Positions 62,580-64,000 of a DNA stretch of 64,000 nucleotides are shown in pieces. Numbering within the stretch: position 1 is the first letter of the stretch; each line of letters begins with the position of its first letter. The notes under the pieces are model-generated. The model did not search any database and was not told where the DNA came from. It saw nothing but the letters and a program-made list of their open reading frames with translations. This DNA comes from Podarcis muralis. Its lineage: Eukaryota. Where the stretch lies: NCBI RefSeq assembly GCF_964188315.1, contig NC_135656.1, forward strand, positions 42,656,001-42,720,000, given 5' to 3'. The position numbers were made by a program, and so were the translations under genes.

Positions 62580-62731
62580 GTAATTCTATCTAAGGAATAA
62601 ATAAAATATAATTGAGTGTGTTACTTTCACTAATATATTCATTTCTATGAACACTTTCCTAATATGTGCAATTTTGCAAATATTATATGGCTAGAGAACT
62701 GCAAATTCATGTTATTTTCATTTTCTATGAG

Positions 62732-62841
62732 GACTTTCTGAAAGATGAACTGCAGATAAGCGAGAACACTTGGATTGGACTGACTTACATAGAGGCTGAA
62801 AGAAAGTGGATGTGGCAAGACTTCAAAAATCATTCCTACAC
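62732..62841 (+). CDS. Lectin-like receptor B, exon 5 (CTLD part 2)
   Basis: ttctatgag|DFLKDELQISENTWIGLTYIEAERKWMWQDFKNHSY|gtgagt; 110 nt. Confidence 0.9.
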
Positions 62842-63526
62842 GTGAGTAGCATTATTGAGTTGAAAATTCTCTACCATATCATAGCACCGATTTGCAATGA
62901 CTCCTTGTCCACCCCTGTTTACTATGTGCATTAGCTACAGTTAGATCTGCTCCCTAGTGCTTATAGTGCACTAGCAACGTCTCCCCCCTCCAAACCTGAC
63001 AGCTAAAGCTGAACCATTTTCCTCCTCTGAGTACCTCTCCTCTTAGAATATGGTAGCAGATCTTCCCAAACTCTCCAAAGGTCAGATTCATGTACTTTTC
63101 CATACAGCAGTCAGAAAACACAGGTTGTAAACCTGGGCTTTGTTTCAGTGGTGAAAGTTTCTAAATTATTGGTATAGGAACACAAGAATGGCTTGTAAGA
63201 TCAATCAGCTCAGACCTCTTTACACACTGAGTTTCTCAGATAAACTGGAGGGGAACAGCAATGGGCTGGATTCCCTCCTTACCAAAGTGAGGGAGAATGA
63301 CCTAGCTAAGCCTGACAGGGCAGCTTTCTCTCTGTCTGTGGCATTAACCCATTCATGCATTAATTAGACTTAAGCATGTTGGTTATATGAGACTAATTAT
63401 CCCACACAAAAAAGTTGAGGCCCGCATCTGCTTACCACCCCTGCTCCCAAGTTCGTGATCCTGCCCCATATACTGGATTCCCCTGATAGCATGCAATTCA
63501 GACAAATTTGTGTTTCTCATTTTCAG

Positions 63527-63695
63527 AAACTGGGATGGAAGGACAGAACCAATCAGTTCCCGATGCTGTGTGATTTTGGACCCCAAGTATGAATTAAAAT
63601 GGAAGAACACCGAGTGCCTAAGACGCTTGGGCTTCATTTGTGAAAAGAGCAGGCACATTGCCTGTGCCCTGCAGTCCCCATTCTTACCTCATTGA
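63527..63695 (+). CDS. Lectin-like receptor B, exon 6 (CTLD part 3, stop)
   Basis: ttttcag|(T)NWDGRTEPISSRCCVILDPKYELKWKNTECLRRLGFICEKSRHIACALQSPFLPH*; six-exon CDS of 786 nt. Confidence 0.9.
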
Positions 63696-64000
63696 AACTT
63701 GGCTAATTTGTGGGCGTGTACAAGCAGAATTGATTCATAGGAGTGTTTTTTTTAAAGGTTGCAAGAACTTGCAGGGTTAGAACAATGTCTTTCTGGTCCT
63801 CTAGACTGTGAGTCAAAAGCCAGTCAGGAAATAAGCCTGGCTGAATGTACATGGTGTCATGGGGAGGAACGAAGCACATGGGTTTCCCTCAGCATCTCCC
63901 TCTCCATGCCTCTGCCCTGGTTTTTGGAGCCAGCAGTGACCAGTTTGATGCCACCAGCAAGGCTCTCCCTGCTATCTGTCTCCAAGATCTGTATTCCGAA

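Noticed and set aside
1-64000. CRISPR arrays, rRNA genes and prokaryotic operons
   Set aside because: None seen; the window is intron-containing vertebrate DNA and the tandem repeats have no unique spacers.

Overview
Eukaryotic, repeat-rich genomic DNA from a squamate, most likely a lacertid lizard (Sauria/Squam1, Squam2 and Squam3 SINEs, BovB, L1, L2, CR1, Penelope, Tc1/mariner and hAT MITEs, solo LTRs). Five protein-coding loci could be assembled by hand with consistent splice phases. (1) An intact five-coding-exon kisspeptin receptor on + (10009-20983, 386 aa), probably not the orthologue of human KISS1R. (2) A minus-strand type II C-type-lectin-like receptor with a DYENV motif, an MCEMP1-like TM exon and a degenerate, frameshifted lectin domain (30914-36376; start exon not found). 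(3) TRAPPC5 (46162-46728) behind a CpG-rich promoter. (4, 5) Two tandem six-exon type II C-type-lectin-like receptors on + (49687-56627, 262 aa; 58883-63695, 261 aa) with YxN-rich cytoplasmic tails and no canonical sugar-binding motif. The most unusual items are this lectin-like receptor trio, a young Penelope insertion in receptor intron 3 forming a ~377-bp inverted repeat with two hammerhead ribozyme motifs, and two solo LTRs whose U3 regions carry an acidic reading frame starting at base 2 of the LTR. All family assignments come from motif recognition and memory; no database search was run.
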